A stretch of 64,000 bases of DNA from Candidatus Micrarchaeia archaeon (GCA_038874595.1 JAVZCB010000005.1:33005-97004); one strand, 5' to 3'; shown: positions 20,292 through 31,523, numbered from the stretch's first letter. Notes: generated by a model from the letters alone, not told the origin. A program made the numbers and translations.

Positions 20292-20720
20292 TTAGTCATT
20301 TTTAATACCTTCAGTTGGCAGTTTGTGTGCTGAAAAGCCGCTTTCACCTTCAATATCCTTCTCTGTTCCCAGAAGAAGGACACCTGAAAGGACAAGCTCG
20401 CTCAACGCTGATGACATCGCCTGCACCACTGGGTCGGAAATGTCAAGCTTCTGATGGCGTATGAACTTCACAAAAAGAGGCTTCACCTCTTCCTCGGTGT
20501 AATGTGCCCTATTCCTATCAAACCTATCTCTACTTCTGTTCATCTCCCTAACCACGTGTTTCAAGAAGCCATCAATACTAAACGTAAGCAGCTTCTCCCC
20601 ACCCGTGGTATACAGCTTAAGCTGGAACTTGTCCTGCGCACGAAGCCTTTCCGGCTGTGAGAACTTTCCATTGTTTACCTTGTGGTGTATTACAAACGGG
20701 GACATCAAATCACTTAGCAT
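20292..20720 (-). CDS. Hypothetical protein
   Basis: 142-aa ORF filling the gap between genes; no motif recognised. Confidence 0.55.
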   Translation of the reverse strand: MLSDLMSPFVIHHKVNNGKFSQPERLRAQDKFQLKLYTTGGEKLLTFSIDGFLKHVVREMNRSRDRFDRNRAHYTEEEVKPLFVKFIRHQKLDISDPVVQAMSSALSELVLSGVLLLGTEKDIEGESGFSAHKLPTEGIKND

Positions 20721-20806
20721 AGTTATTATTAATAAACTTTTCTATTCCTGGCAGTTGGTTTTTTGCCGCATTCTCAAATAAAAGCATTCATATATAATAT
20801 CCATCC

Positions 20807-21883
20807 ATGCGTATACATTTTATGATAAACGGTGTTGGGCAGGGACATGTATACAGGACACTTCCTATTATGAAACAGCTTGCAAAAAGGCATAAGATAA
20901 CTGCTTCCTCATTTGGGGACGCCCTGCGCATACTTGAGGAAAACGGATACCCTGGTGCATACGAGCTAAAGCCATTCGGTGATGTTGTTGCACAAGGCTT
21001 TAAAGTAAACATAAAACAGAGCCTCCTGGATAATGCAAAAAAGCTTGGGCCGGGCCTCATAAAAAGGACAAGTGATATCATAACAGACTGCAGGGCAGAT
21101 GTTGTGGTTGTAGATGGGTACCTGCTTGGGTTGTTCGTAGCAAAAATGCTCAGAAAAAGCACCGTAACAATCGCAAATTGCACAAAGCTGTGGTATGTGT
21201 TCCCAAAAATAAGCAATATCGTTGAAAGTGGCTCTGATATATTCTCAAAAAGTGTTGTTGACAGCTCCGATATAATAATCGTGCCTGATTTCACGCCGCC
21301 GTTTGACTTCTCGCGTGATAACCTAAGTTATTTCGGCAGTGCCAGGAAGTTCCATTTTGTTGGGCCAACGTCACTTATTGCTGAGGACAAAAAAGGCAGG
21401 AGACCGCTTGTAAGTGTCGGTGGGACACGGATGCAGCATAAAAGCTTTGAGCATATCGCTGAGCTTCTTGATAAAATGGGGTACAACCCAATAATGGCAG
21501 ATGGCCACCTAAGCGAGGAGGATATGGCTAGTGCTATTGCACAGGCACCGTTTGCTGTAGTCCACGGCGGCCATACAACCATCATGAATGCTGTGAGCGC
21601 AAACACGCCGGTAATCTCAATCCCATTAAAGGGATATACTGAACGGGTGAACAATGCACAGGGTGCTGAAAGGGCCGGATGTGGTGTTGTGCTCGACCCT
21701 GAATTTATAGATTTGGATGTTTTGAAAATTGCAATAGGTAAAATTAGGTCAAACTACATAAGGGAAACAACAACCCTGTTCTCCCACACTGCACACGCTA
21801 TGGAAGGGCATAGAAAGGCCGCGGCGCTGATAGAGAAATTAGAGGAAAAAACGATACAAAAAAAGCGCCATAAAATATTCTAA
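20807..21883 (+). CDS. Glycosyltransferase family 28-like (GT-B fold)
   Basis: GVGQGHVYR, FVGP and HGGHTTIMNA...P...E..NNA motifs. Confidence 0.88.
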   Translation: MRIHFMINGVGQGHVYRTLPIMKQLAKRHKITASSFGDALRILEENGYPGAYELKPFGDVVAQGFKVNIKQSLLDNAKKLGPGLIKRTSDIITDCRADVVVVDGYLLGLFVAKMLRKSTVTIANCTKLWYVFPKISNIVESGSDIFSKSVVDSSDIIIVPDFTPPFDFSRDNLSYFGSARKFHFVGPTSLIAEDKKGRRPLVSVGGTRMQHKSFEHIAELLDKMGYNPIMADGHLSEEDMASAIAQAPFAVVHGGHTTIMNAVSANTPVISIPLKGYTERVNNAQGAERAGCGVVLDPEFIDLDVLKIAIGKIRSNYIRETTTLFSHTAHAMEGHRKAAALIEKLEEKTIQKKRHKIF

Positions 21884-23119
21884 CTAACTGCTTCTGGTTC
21901 TCTTGGCACCTGTCCTGCCGGTAATGCTCCCTGGTTTTGGTTTGAAAAATATCATCAGTAATGCCGCAAGCAGTGAAGCTGCACCCCCAAATATGAATGT
22001 TGCCTCTGGAGATACAACTTTCCAAAGGTATCCTGCAATAACGCTTGAAGGCAATGCTGCAATCCCGATAGCCATCTGGAACATGCCCATTGCTGTGCCC
22101 CTTAAGTTTGTTGGGGAAAGGTCAGAAGCATACGCTTTCTGCACTCCTATAAATGCTGCTGTGGATATTCCATAAAGCACGAATAACAGCAACATCGCGC
22201 TTGTAGAATTAAGAATTGCAAAGCCGAACAGTATTGCAGCAAACACAACATAGGATATTATGAGAATTGCCCGCTTGCCTATCCTATCCGCATATTTACC
22301 AATCGGATATGAAAATGCCGCCTGGAATATGTTGTAAACGATATATAATAGTATTGAAATGAGCAGCCCTTCTGTGAGGCCGGCTTTCATTATAAAAAAC
22401 ATATAGCTGAAATTTGCAAGTGTAAACACCGCTGTTATTCCGGTAAATACCAGCATATCACGCGGCAGCGCCTTCACAGCCGAAAGAAAATTATACTCTT
22501 TGCCGGTTGGCTTAAACTTTGGCTCTTTCACGAGTACAAGAGGGATTACTGAAAGTATTGCAATAATCCCAGCAAATGCAATTATGAGAGAATACTCACT
22601 TAATGTGGGCTGGGTGAATACATACATTAGCAGAAGAAGAACTGCAACTGAACCAAAAATTGCACCTACCGTATCAAGTGCCTGGTGCAGTCCAAAGCCC
22701 GCACCGCTCTTATTAGGCAGGAACTGGCTTATCATTGCATCGCGCGGTGCATCACGCATGCCCTTGCCCACGCGCTCCAATGATGCCGCACCAAGAGCAA
22801 GAAAGGGTGATGGTGCAAAAGCCAGGAAAAACTTGAACAAGGCGGAGGTTATATAACCTGCATAAACAAACACCTTTCTTTTACCTATCTTATCAGATAT
22901 ATACCCAAATAAAATCTTCAGAAAGCTTGTTATTGAATCCCTTATCCCCCCTACAAGCCCTATCAGGACGGAATCGCCACCAAGTGCTGCAAGGAAAAAA
23001 GGTAGTATGGGCATTATCATCTCACTGCTGAAATCGTTTAGGAAGCTGACTACACCAAGCAGTGTTATGTTCTTCACACCTTCTTTCTCTTTTTTAGGTA
23101 CATTCGCTTTCTGATTCAT
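21884..23119 (-). CDS. MFS transporter
   Basis: About 12 transmembrane helices; SFLNDFSSEMI, GYISDKIGKRK and RVGKGMRDAPRDA motifs. Confidence 0.93.
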   Translation of the reverse strand: MNQKANVPKKEKEGVKNITLLGVVSFLNDFSSEMIMPILPFFLAALGGDSVLIGLVGGIRDSITSFLKILFGYISDKIGKRKVFVYAGYITSALFKFFLAFAPSPFLALGAASLERVGKGMRDAPRDAMISQFLPNKSGAGFGLHQALDTVGAIFGSVAVLLLLMYVFTQPTLSEYSLIIAFAGIIAILSVIPLVLVKEPKFKPTGKEYNFLSAVKALPRDMLVFTGITAVFTLANFSYMFFIMKAGLTEGLLISILLYIVYNIFQAAFSYPIGKYADRIGKRAILIISYVVFAAILFGFAILNSTSAMLLLFVLYGISTAAFIGVQKAYASDLSPTNLRGTAMGMFQMAIGIAALPSSVIAGYLWKVVSPEATFIFGGAASLLAALLMIFFKPKPGSITGRTGAKRTRSS

Positions 23120-23169
23120 AATACAAAATAAGATGAAAAAGCTTAAATTGTGCCATGGCATTAATATTG

Positions 23170-23510
23170 TGAGCGGTTGGTGGGCAGCTTACGGTGCCTT
23201 TCTTTGGTGCAGCTTTCTTTAGAAAGCTGGGAACTTGATAAGCTCCTGTACACCAAAAGAAAGGTACTGAGGAAGGTCCACCCACGCAGAGCTCTGACTG
23301 CATTAATATTGCAGATGGGGGAACAGAAACGGTACCCTCCCCGCCTTATGGGATGAGGATAACGACTTCGGTGGGATAAGGGATGAAACGGCCTCCTGTG
23401 CAGGGCTGTGAGCGTGCAAGCCCTTTCGGGCGCTTAGACAAATGCTGCCAAGATGAGCATATCCATAAGGAAGTGCATCTTACAGAAGGTGGCCTACAAC
23501 CAGCCGCTCA
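23170..23510 (+). ncRNA. rnpB: RNase P RNA
   Basis: Terminal P1 helix TGAGCGGTTGGT/ACCAGCCGCTCA. Conserved regions GAGGAAGGTCCACC, ACAGAAA, TGAAAC and ACAGAAGGTGGCCTA (P4 pairing). Confidence 0.93.
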
Positions 23511-23520
23511 TTAAAAATAA

Positions 23521-24984
23521 TCAGTGCTTTGCCTTCTCCAGCAATTTTATGGTCTCAAGCACCACTGAAATCCCTGAACCTGTACAGCCAAGGTCTACTG
23601 GAGGGATTGGCTTGTTTCTGTATGCTGTGCCTGCAATATCCAAATGTATCCATTTCGCTTTTGATATAAAACTGGAGAGGAATGCAGCGGCGGTTATTGC
23701 ACCAGCCTCACCGGTGTTTGTAACATTTGCAATGTCTGCAAACTTACCTTTGTTCATCTCTGAGTACTCCTCCCATAAAGGCATCTGCCATATTTCATCA
23801 AAACTTTCTGAGCTTGCCTTTTTCATCAAGCTGGCAAATTCATCATCGTTTGAAAACATGCCTATGGCATAGGAACCCAATGCAACAACACATGCACCTG
23901 TAAGCGTCGCAAGGTCTATCATGTAATCTGGCTTATACTTATCCTCTGCATATGCCAAAGTATCAGCCAGCACAAGCCTGCCCTCTGCATCCGTGTTGAG
24001 TATCTCTATCGTCTTGCCATTGTATGCTCTTACGATATCACCGGGCTTTGCGGCACACCCTCCGGGCATATTCTCCGTACAGGGCATTAAGCCTATCACA
24101 TTGATTTTTGGTTTCATCTCAGCCACGGCCTTCATTATACCTAGCACTGCACACGCACCGCTCTTATCAAATTTCATATCCTCCATACCTTTGCTTGGCT
24201 TAAGTGAGATGCCCCCGCTGTCAAATGTAAGGCCTTTACCTGCAATAACAACAGTTTTCTTTGCACCTGGGCACGTGTATTCCAGGATTGAAAGTGTCGG
24301 CTCCCTTCCACTTCCGCTCGCAACTGCAAGAAACGCATTCATCCCCATTTTCTGCATATCTTTCCTTGAAATAAGCTTGTACTTAAGTCCTGTGCGTGAT
24401 GCGAGCTTTTTTGCTTCCGCTGCCATAAGCTGCGGTGTAGCGACGTTTGCCGGCTTGTTTGCAATGTCGCGCGCAAAATTTATTGACTCTGCAATTTTTC
24501 TCGCTTCATTTGCGGCTGCAACAAACTCCTTTTCTACATAAAGGAAAATGTGGTTAGGCGTAACACCATCTTCATCTTTATTGCTCCCACCCTTCTCCCC
24601 TGTCTTGAATTCTTCGTATTTATGCACATTTACAAAAAGGGCATATGTGAGGTTCTTCAAGTGCAACTGCTCAAGGCCGCGCCCATCAATCACCAGTGAA
24701 GGCGTACGAAGCGCCTTCGCAAGCCCAATCACGGCGCTTGGAATCCTGCGCGCATGCCTCGGCTTGAATTTTTCTTTCTCACCTAACCCAACAAAAATTA
24801 TTCCATCTATGAAAGCGATTTCACCCACCTTTGCTAAAAATTTGTTCTCTGATAGCTTTTTTGCGTAATTACCATACCCCGTAGATATAGGTTCCGCTAC
24901 ACCCTTCCCACTAAAACATAACACTGCGTGCACTGGTCCCGATAAGTCTTTTTCAATAATCTCAACCTTAGGCTCCTTTACCAT
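23521..24984 (-). CDS. pepA: Leucyl aminopeptidase (M17)
   Basis: GKGLTFDSGG, MKFDKSGA, NTDAEGRL, ATLTGA and HLDIAG motifs. Confidence 0.96.
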   Translation of the reverse strand: MVKEPKVEIIEKDLSGPVHAVLCFSGKGVAEPISTGYGNYAKKLSENKFLAKVGEIAFIDGIIFVGLGEKEKFKPRHARRIPSAVIGLAKALRTPSLVIDGRGLEQLHLKNLTYALFVNVHKYEEFKTGEKGGSNKDEDGVTPNHIFLYVEKEFVAAANEARKIAESINFARDIANKPANVATPQLMAAEAKKLASRTGLKYKLISRKDMQKMGMNAFLAVASGSGREPTLSILEYTCPGAKKTVVIAGKGLTFDSGGISLKPSKGMEDMKFDKSGACAVLGIMKAVAEMKPKINVIGLMPCTENMPGGCAAKPGDIVRAYNGKTIEILNTDAEGRLVLADTLAYAEDKYKPDYMIDLATLTGACVVALGSYAIGMFSNDDEFASLMKKASSESFDEIWQMPLWEEYSEMNKGKFADIANVTNTGEAGAITAAAFLSSFISKAKWIHLDIAGTAYRNKPIPPVDLGCTGSGISVVLETIKLLEKAKH

Positions 24985-27071
24985 AGATACACCTTTTTCT
25001 TCCTACTATTTATGTAAACTAATATAAAAGAAAATGCTACAAGCACACCTAAAACGGCACAAGCCTTTGCCACGTCCCCGCCAGGTATACCATCTACATA
25101 AAACTTCTCTTCATGTTCCCGCTCTATACCTGCCTTATCAATCCAGACCACCGAAAGAACATGCTCGCCCGTTTCAAGTAAGGTGCCTTTATCATCTTTG
25201 ACTTCCACCCCATCAACATAAACTGCATATGCGATGTAAGGTCCATATACAGCGAACTTGTACTCGCGGCCATCACTGCTCTCTTTTGCAACTGTGAGCA
25301 CCGGCTCAAAAACTTCGTATGCCCCTTCGTATGTATACGTTTCAGTATAAAAGTTAGCCACCAATTTTAGCTTGTGGCTGCCTGGTGATAAAGGTATGTT
25401 GTAATCGAGCACATAAGAAGGAGCTGAAGAATTGTCATAAAATACCTCTTTGCCATCTATATAAACTCTTATATTATATGTGGTGTTACCAGTCACTTGA
25501 AAGGTTGCTGTAAACCTTCCAGTGCCATCAGAAGGGATTGATGTTGTTAATGATAAGTTATCTACTTTATAAATGGTGTTTGAATAAGCGGGAGTGCTGG
25601 TGGGCAACCGTATCACCTGGACGTGCACGCCATCATATACAAGGATAGAGTTTGTAAGCCCATCACTCAAATCAACTGTAACTTGTTTGGCTAACTGCGG
25701 AGATGCGTATACTTCATCTATACCCCTGTCCTTAACCACAGTAAGATTTTTTGGTGTTATCGAAACAAGCTTAAGTTCAGCTTTACGCTGGTCATATTTT
25801 GATAATATCGCGCTAAACTTCTTTGCCGTCTTTTGGCCGCTGCTAATGCTCAAAGGGATCTTATCAGAGCCAAAACTGTGGGATATCCATACCGGGCAGT
25901 AATACTGGTAATTGTTTGAGAGCACCTGCGAAACCTTAAATGGAATAATCACATAATTCTTGCCTGGATGCACCAGCAAATTAATTGAAGAGTCATCAAA
26001 CCTAATAATTTCAGCTTCGCTTTCACATGGCACTGCCTGGGCGCTAAAAAGCTGGTACTGCACGCTATCAATTTCAATAATGATTGCTCCATCATCCCCT
26101 GGGGCAAGCTGTGCTGGAAGTGTGTAAACTCGATAAGACGGTGTGAACTTGGTATAATTCAGGACAACGATGTCTTCGGTACTTCCACCAAGAGCGCCTC
26201 TACCTTCCCAGACCATATTCCCATATTCTGAGTGTGACATTGCGCGTGCCCTTTCAATCAGCTCTGCACTTGTATCATTGCTGAAATACATAGGTATATG
26301 TGTTGCATCTATATACCCCACCTCAAGCCATGTTGGGTCAACACCAACCCATTCACCTATATAAACTTCGGCCCATGAATGTAGCTGCCAACCATACTTT
26401 GGTGAATAAACATAACCCAATACAGAACGGGAAGGGTATCCTAGTGAACGGGCGAGAGCAATAAAAAGATTGGTAAATTCAACACATACCCCTCGCGGGT
26501 TGGACATAACATCGCTTGAATTTCTGTTCTTTCCCATCTCATTTATATCATAAGAAACATAGCTGTTGACCCAAACTGCGAGCGCTGCTATCTTATCTAT
26601 GTCCTCCTTGTAGCCAGCAGTCACGGCGCGTGCTTGTTTGTGTATTTCAGGTGTGATTATTATGTGCTCTGTCCCAGCAAGATACTCCGCCCCTGCTTCT
26701 TTTGCAGAATAGCTGGTTGGAAGAGAGTGTACATACCTGCTAACAGAGCTAATATTTGCAGAGATAGAATATGAATAGCTCCTGAAACTTTTGTCGTAAT
26801 ATATCCGTACTACCTGATTTCCACCTTCTTTTGTTATTTTTGCCTCAGGCGGGATTGAAAGTGCCACGTGCTGATAACCAGTATCTTGCGGGACAGCTAG
26901 GTTGATGCTTAATCCATAAAGCTCCCCAGCAGTTGAGGATATCCTACCCTCACGAGAGAGCTGCGCAGTAAGCGAAGAGATTAGGGTGGGGTTGATATTT
27001 TCAAACTGTGCATTTGCAAGCTGGAATAAGAGCAATATGTACAACATTGCAAATGACACACTTCTTCTCAT
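24978..27071 (-). CDS. Surface-anchored transglutaminase-like (Cys-His-Asp) protein
   Basis: Signal peptide; GVCVEFT...HSWAEVY...VDPTW triad; C-terminal transmembrane helix and basic tail. Confidence 0.9.
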   Translation of the reverse strand: MRRSVSFAMLYILLLFQLANAQFENINPTLISSLTAQLSREGRISSTAGELYGLSINLAVPQDTGYQHVALSIPPEAKITKEGGNQVVRIYYDKSFRSYSYSISANISSVSRYVHSLPTSYSAKEAGAEYLAGTEHIIITPEIHKQARAVTAGYKEDIDKIAALAVWVNSYVSYDINEMGKNRNSSDVMSNPRGVCVEFTNLFIALARSLGYPSRSVLGYVYSPKYGWQLHSWAEVYIGEWVGVDPTWLEVGYIDATHIPMYFSNDTSAELIERARAMSHSEYGNMVWEGRGALGGSTEDIVVLNYTKFTPSYRVYTLPAQLAPGDDGAIIIEIDSVQYQLFSAQAVPCESEAEIIRFDDSSINLLVHPGKNYVIIPFKVSQVLSNNYQYYCPVWISHSFGSDKIPLSISSGQKTAKKFSAILSKYDQRKAELKLVSITPKNLTVVKDRGIDEVYASPQLAKQVTVDLSDGLTNSILVYDGVHVQVIRLPTSTPAYSNTIYKVDNLSLTTSIPSDGTGRFTATFQVTGNTTYNIRVYIDGKEVFYDNSSAPSYVLDYNIPLSPGSHKLKLVANFYTETYTYEGAYEVFEPVLTVAKESSDGREYKFAVYGPYIAYAVYVDGVEVKDDKGTLLETGEHVLSVVWIDKAGIEREHEEKFYVDGIPGGDVAKACAVLGVLVAFSFILVYINSRKKKVYLW

Positions 27072-27571
27072 ATGCGCACCCTTATGCGATTGTTAATCTT
27101 GGTATTCTTATAGGCCCGCACTCTTAGCGACCTGCCCTTAGCTTTCAGAAAGCCAAGCGCATCATTAAGTATATTGTTATGGTCAAAAGCCAGCCTACTC
27201 TTGAGCGCTTCGTGTACCGGAAGCCACACGGCACATTGGGCATCGCTTCCCGGATGGAGGCGCACTTTTCTGGTCGTACAGTAAAATGCTACGCTTACTG
27301 TTCGGCGCGGGTCCCTTCTCGGAGAGGAATACACGCCTATGATACACTTTGGTATGACGCGGATGCCTGTCTCCTCATAAACCTCACGGATAACACAATG
27401 CTCCATTGTTTCACTTTCTGATAAGTAGCCCCCTGGCAATGCAAACCAGCCCTTAAAAGGGGCAGCTTTCCTGCGTACCAAAAGCACCCTTTCACGATTA
27501 ATAACAACACCGTCCGCTGCGATAGGCCTGTATACACGTGCATCCCTGATATTGCGATGGGTTGGGCTCAC
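27068..27571 (-). CDS. NUDIX hydrolase
   Basis: LPGG...ETMEHCVIREVYEETG Nudix box; RDPR and LAFDH motifs. Confidence 0.93.
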   Translation of the reverse strand: MSPTHRNIRDARVYRPIAADGVVINRERVLLVRRKAAPFKGWFALPGGYLSESETMEHCVIREVYEETGIRVIPKCIIGVYSSPRRDPRRTVSVAFYCTTRKVRLHPGSDAQCAVWLPVHEALKSRLAFDHNNILNDALGFLKAKGRSLRVRAYKNTKINNRIRVRI

Positions 27572-28747
27572 CTAATCACTCTCGCTTTTTGTTGTTGCAC
27601 CGAGCAGTTTCAGTTCATCATCCTCAAACCCAAAAAAATCAAGCGGCTTGCCCTCTTTCGCCATTATCTTTATCAAAGGCACATACTGCTCTGCATCCGT
27701 AAGGCTGCAATGGCATTTCTCAGCAATCTTCCTGCGGATTGACTTGCGCAGTGCGCGCTTCTCTGAGCTGATGCTCATTGAACGGAGGAACTGCGGGAAC
27801 TCGTACTTTGAAAACTTGTGATACTTATGCTCCTTAGACATTGCAACGCCTGCAAGCACAAGCGCATATGAGTATTTCTGGAGTTTCCATACCTGCCTGT
27901 TAATCACCCTGCCATCAAACACATCGGCACGTGATAGGAAATTGTACGCGAGCGCAATCTCCTCTGGCTTCTCATATTCCACTGAAATGTTATTCTCAAT
28001 CCATAATTTCATCAAGCCGTAATCCACTGTCGTGCCATCAAAAGAGCGCATTGCATCCTGGTAAGTCTCTGCCTTAAATAAGCTCTTCACGCATTCAAAT
28101 ATGAGCCTATCACGGTCGCGTATTGATGATGGAGAATACGCGTGCAGGTCAATTATTGCAGAGCGCAAGTCGCCTCCAGAGCCGTCTGCTATCCTGTCAA
28201 GGATGTCGTCAGATACCGTAATGTCCTCCTCTTTTGCAATACGGGCGATTACTGAGCGCACAGTCCTTTTGTTGATATGCTTCATCTCAAGGAACTTGCA
28301 CGCAGTACGTAATGGATATAACTTTTTGTCCCACGCATCGTTTGCTGTCAGGATAACTGGCTGTTTTGCGGCCTCAAGCACAGATGCTATTGCCGATGCA
28401 CCGCCACGGTCTGCCGTGCCCTGCAGTCCGTCTACCTCATCTATCAGGATAAGCTTGCGACGCGAGAACAGGCCTGCTGATGACGTTGCTGCACCCATTA
28501 TGCGCTCAACGTTTTCCCTGTTGCGGGTATCCGAAGCGTTAAACTCAAGGATTTCCCAGCCCATCTCCGATGCAAGCGCATATGCGAGCGCTGTTTTCCC
28601 AACACCGGATGGGCCATAAACCAGAAGTGGCTTCTGCCTTTTGCCGCTTTCAATAAGCAATGCCCATTTCTTCACTTCCTCAACTACATCACTGTTACCT
28701 GCAAACTCGGCAAGAGATTTTGGGGCGTGCTTCTGGTAAAGGTGCAT
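27572..28747 (-). CDS. rfcL: Replication factor C large subunit
   Basis: GPSGVGKT, EFNASDTR, DEVDG, GDLRSAI and LSRADVF motifs. Confidence 0.95.
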   Translation of the reverse strand: MHLYQKHAPKSLAEFAGNSDVVEEVKKWALLIESGKRQKPLLVYGPSGVGKTALAYALASEMGWEILEFNASDTRNRENVERIMGAATSSAGLFSRRKLILIDEVDGLQGTADRGGASAIASVLEAAKQPVILTANDAWDKKLYPLRTACKFLEMKHINKRTVRSVIARIAKEEDITVSDDILDRIADGSGGDLRSAIIDLHAYSPSSIRDRDRLIFECVKSLFKAETYQDAMRSFDGTTVDYGLMKLWIENNISVEYEKPEEIALAYNFLSRADVFDGRVINRQVWKLQKYSYALVLAGVAMSKEHKYHKFSKYEFPQFLRSMSISSEKRALRKSIRRKIAEKCHCSLTDAEQYVPLIKIMAKEGKPLDFFGFEDDELKLLGATTKSESD

Positions 28748-28850
28748 AAATTATATTAGGTATGGAATATTTTAATTATAGCAATAAAGCCGAAAAAGGC
28801 GGAAATGGCTTATTGCCGTTGCACGACCAACTCTGGAAATTGCCTCTCTA

Positions 28851-31397
28851 TCATTTGCTGCTTGGGGACCAGTACTTTTTTGTACGTATAAACTGCTCGC
28901 GGGCATGCAGCAAATCAAGCGCCAGTGAACGCTCATCCTTATGCATTCTGGAAAGTATGCGTGCGGCTGTTTCAGTGCCTACACCGTAGGTTGATAGCGC
29001 AAGCAAGGCACGCTTACCATATGATATATAAAGAGATGAGCGCCGCATCAGCTCATCTTTTGGGAGTACCCTGCGCTCATTTTCTGGTGAAGGTGCCAGC
29101 AAAACGCTTGAGCACTTTGGGCATTTCTTTGGAAGGGAAGACACGTGGCCATAAAATACATTATTACAATGCGCACATACAAACTTGAACGTTGTAGGCA
29201 TCTTATCAAGAAGCACCATTGCAGCACTTTCAGGTATCTCAGGAAACAACACCTGTGAGCCTGACATATAATCTAGCACTTCCAATGCAAGCGCATCAAG
29301 CTTCCGGAGCACCTCAAACTCAAACCCTCCCTTCGCAGAAAGGAAATTCTCAATAAAAGCCTGGGCAGTGCCACAGTCACAATACCTGTACATAAAGTAA
29401 TCGTGCGCTTCCCTGTATGCAAGCGAAGCTGCCAGCTTTGAAATGTAATGTGGAGGGTATCGGCCGTGCTTTTCAGACAGGCCATAGTAATATGCCTCCT
29501 GAGAGAAAAGATATGAGAACGTTGTGTTCTTATGAAGTGTTGCGGAGATCTCGTTATATACGTTTGTACCGGAAGCTATTTGAGCAAGCGAGTCTTTTGA
29601 TACTGGATACGGGAGCCGTATGAAGACTGCGTATGGGGATGATTTTGCAACTGCTGCTGCACCAAAGTATGCTGTGAGCCTGCCTGCAAGCGCAAGTGCA
29701 AGCGCATTGTTTGCGGTGCTTCCAAGAAATGTATATATTATGAGCATATCAGCGAATGCACAAACCTTTGGCTTGGGGCCTACCCCTATCCTGGCCCTAA
29801 CATCAGATGTTATCTCCCTCTTAACAGGTATCTGCTCGCCTTCCCAGTCAGGTATTGCCAACACGTATGAAGGCGAATGCGCAACCTCAACAGACTCTTC
29901 CCCAATGCTTAAAACACGCCACGGTGTACCGCGGGTTATAAACACGTCACCTTCGTTAAGGGAAAGCACAAACCTTTCATCGAGGTATCCTATGACATGG
30001 CCGTTGAAACTCATCTTATACTTGATGCTTGAAGGGATTGTGCTGAGCCGTGTAAAGTAAAACGCGCGCGTGTGTAGCGTTTTCCTTGCCATCCTCCCAT
30101 CATAAAAAATAATGCCGTTCCTATGGAGTTCTGAAAGTAATATCCTGAAATCATCAAAAGTTATCGTGGAATAAATGGGTGTGGCCGAAACGAGCTTGTC
30201 ATATAGCTGAGTGTCCTCAGCATGCCTGCACATAAGAAGCTCTCCTGCAACTGCATGGCCAAGCACACCTAAAGAAGGGTAGATGATGTCCTCATCTTCA
30301 AGATGATGGGATTTTGCGCGATCGCTTATTACCTCTGCTTCATTGAAGTCAAACTCGTTATGTGTAATTATTATCCCGCGCGGGGTTCCTGTAATCGCGT
30401 GCCCGCTCCTGCCGATGCGCTGCAATGCCTTCCTAACCTGCTTTGGTGAGCCAATATGGATTACAAGGTTAACATCACCTATATCTATGCCCAACTCAAG
30501 CGAGGAGGTACAAACCAGGCCTCGCACCCTGTTCTGCTTGAAATCATCCTCTATTTTCTCGCGTTCCTCCTTGGAGAGCGAGCCGTGGTGGACACCTATG
30601 CTCGCTCCTTTTGAGATCAGGTGGGAGCCTATGAGCTCCGCCATATATCGAGTATTCGTAAAAATTAATGTCTTGCATTCTTCCAAATTATCGTTTATGA
30701 CGCGGCACATAAAATCCAGGCGGGCATCTTCTGTTTTTCCTGTAGCCCGGATTACTTGTATCTCTAGGTTATTTGATGGTGTCTCCTGAACAAGCAACCA
30801 ATTATCACGAAATACAAACCTTGCAGCAGAATCGGGGCTCTTAAGTGTTGCACTTATTGCAACAGTCTGAAAGGATGCGATTGAACGCAAACGTGTAAAC
30901 GCAAGCGCGAGCTGTGCACCGCGCTTGCTGCCTATGAGCTCATGCAGTTCATCTACTATCACATACCGCAGGTTGCGCAAGTATGTGCGGAATGATTCCG
31001 TGCAGAGCATTGCCTGCAGTGTTTCAGGAGTAGTGATGAATATATGTGAAGGGTGCCGTGACTGGAACGAGCGCTCTTTCTGTGGTGTATCACCGTGCCT
31101 TACAGACACACGAAAGCCGAGCTCACGCGACCAGCTGCGCACACGCTCAACCATATCCCTGTTAAGTGAGCGGAGCGGCGTAATGTAAAGCAATGTTATC
31201 GGGCTTGGCGCATCTGGAAACTTGCTCATATTATCCAGAAAAGGGAGTAATGCTGCCTCTGTCTTACCGGAACCTGTCGGTGCGATAATAAGCGTATCTT
31301 TTCCAGAGGCAATGACTGGGATTGCCTTTCTCTGGATAGGTGTGTATGAACCAAACCTGCCCCTGAACAGTATATCAAGCTTTGGTGAAAGCATCAA
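28851..31397 (-). CDS. lhr: Lhr-family ATP-dependent helicase
   Basis: APTGSGKTEAA, RHGDT, DELH, SAT, HHGSLS, SSLELGIDIG, QRIGRSGH and IP.WEGE motifs; C-terminal zinc finger. Confidence 0.93.
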   Translation of the reverse strand: MMLSPKLDILFRGRFGSYTPIQRKAIPVIASGKDTLIIAPTGSGKTEAALLPFLDNMSKFPDAPSPITLLYITPLRSLNRDMVERVRSWSRELGFRVSVRHGDTPQKERSFQSRHPSHIFITTPETLQAMLCTESFRTYLRNLRYVIVDELHELIGSKRGAQLALAFTRLRSIASFQTVAISATLKSPDSAARFVFRDNWLLVQETPSNNLEIQVIRATGKTEDARLDFMCRVINDNLEECKTLIFTNTRYMAELIGSHLISKGASIGVHHGSLSKEEREKIEDDFKQNRVRGLVCTSSLELGIDIGDVNLVIHIGSPKQVRKALQRIGRSGHAITGTPRGIIITHNEFDFNEAEVISDRAKSHHLEDEDIIYPSLGVLGHAVAGELLMCRHAEDTQLYDKLVSATPIYSTITFDDFRILLSELHRNGIIFYDGRMARKTLHTRAFYFTRLSTIPSSIKYKMSFNGHVIGYLDERFVLSLNEGDVFITRGTPWRVLSIGEESVEVAHSPSYVLAIPDWEGEQIPVKREITSDVRARIGVGPKPKVCAFADMLIIYTFLGSTANNALALALAGRLTAYFGAAAVAKSSPYAVFIRLPYPVSKDSLAQIASGTNVYNEISATLHKNTTFSYLFSQEAYYYGLSEKHGRYPPHYISKLAASLAYREAHDYFMYRYCDCGTAQAFIENFLSAKGGFEFEVLRKLDALALEVLDYMSGSQVLFPEIPESAAMVLLDKMPTTFKFVCAHCNNVFYGHVSSLPKKCPKCSSVLLAPSPENERRVLPKDELMRRSSLYISYGKRALLALSTYGVGTETAARILSRMHKDERSLALDLLHAREQFIRTKKYWSPSSK

Positions 31398-31523
31398 TAT
31401 TTTGAGGGTTTGCTGCTTAAAACGCTTTTCGGTTGTATGGGAATACTATCTTTGTCTCTGTGCCTTTAAAAAACGATTACTTAAAATACATTTCCATACC
31501 TATAATAGGCAATTGGTGGTTTA

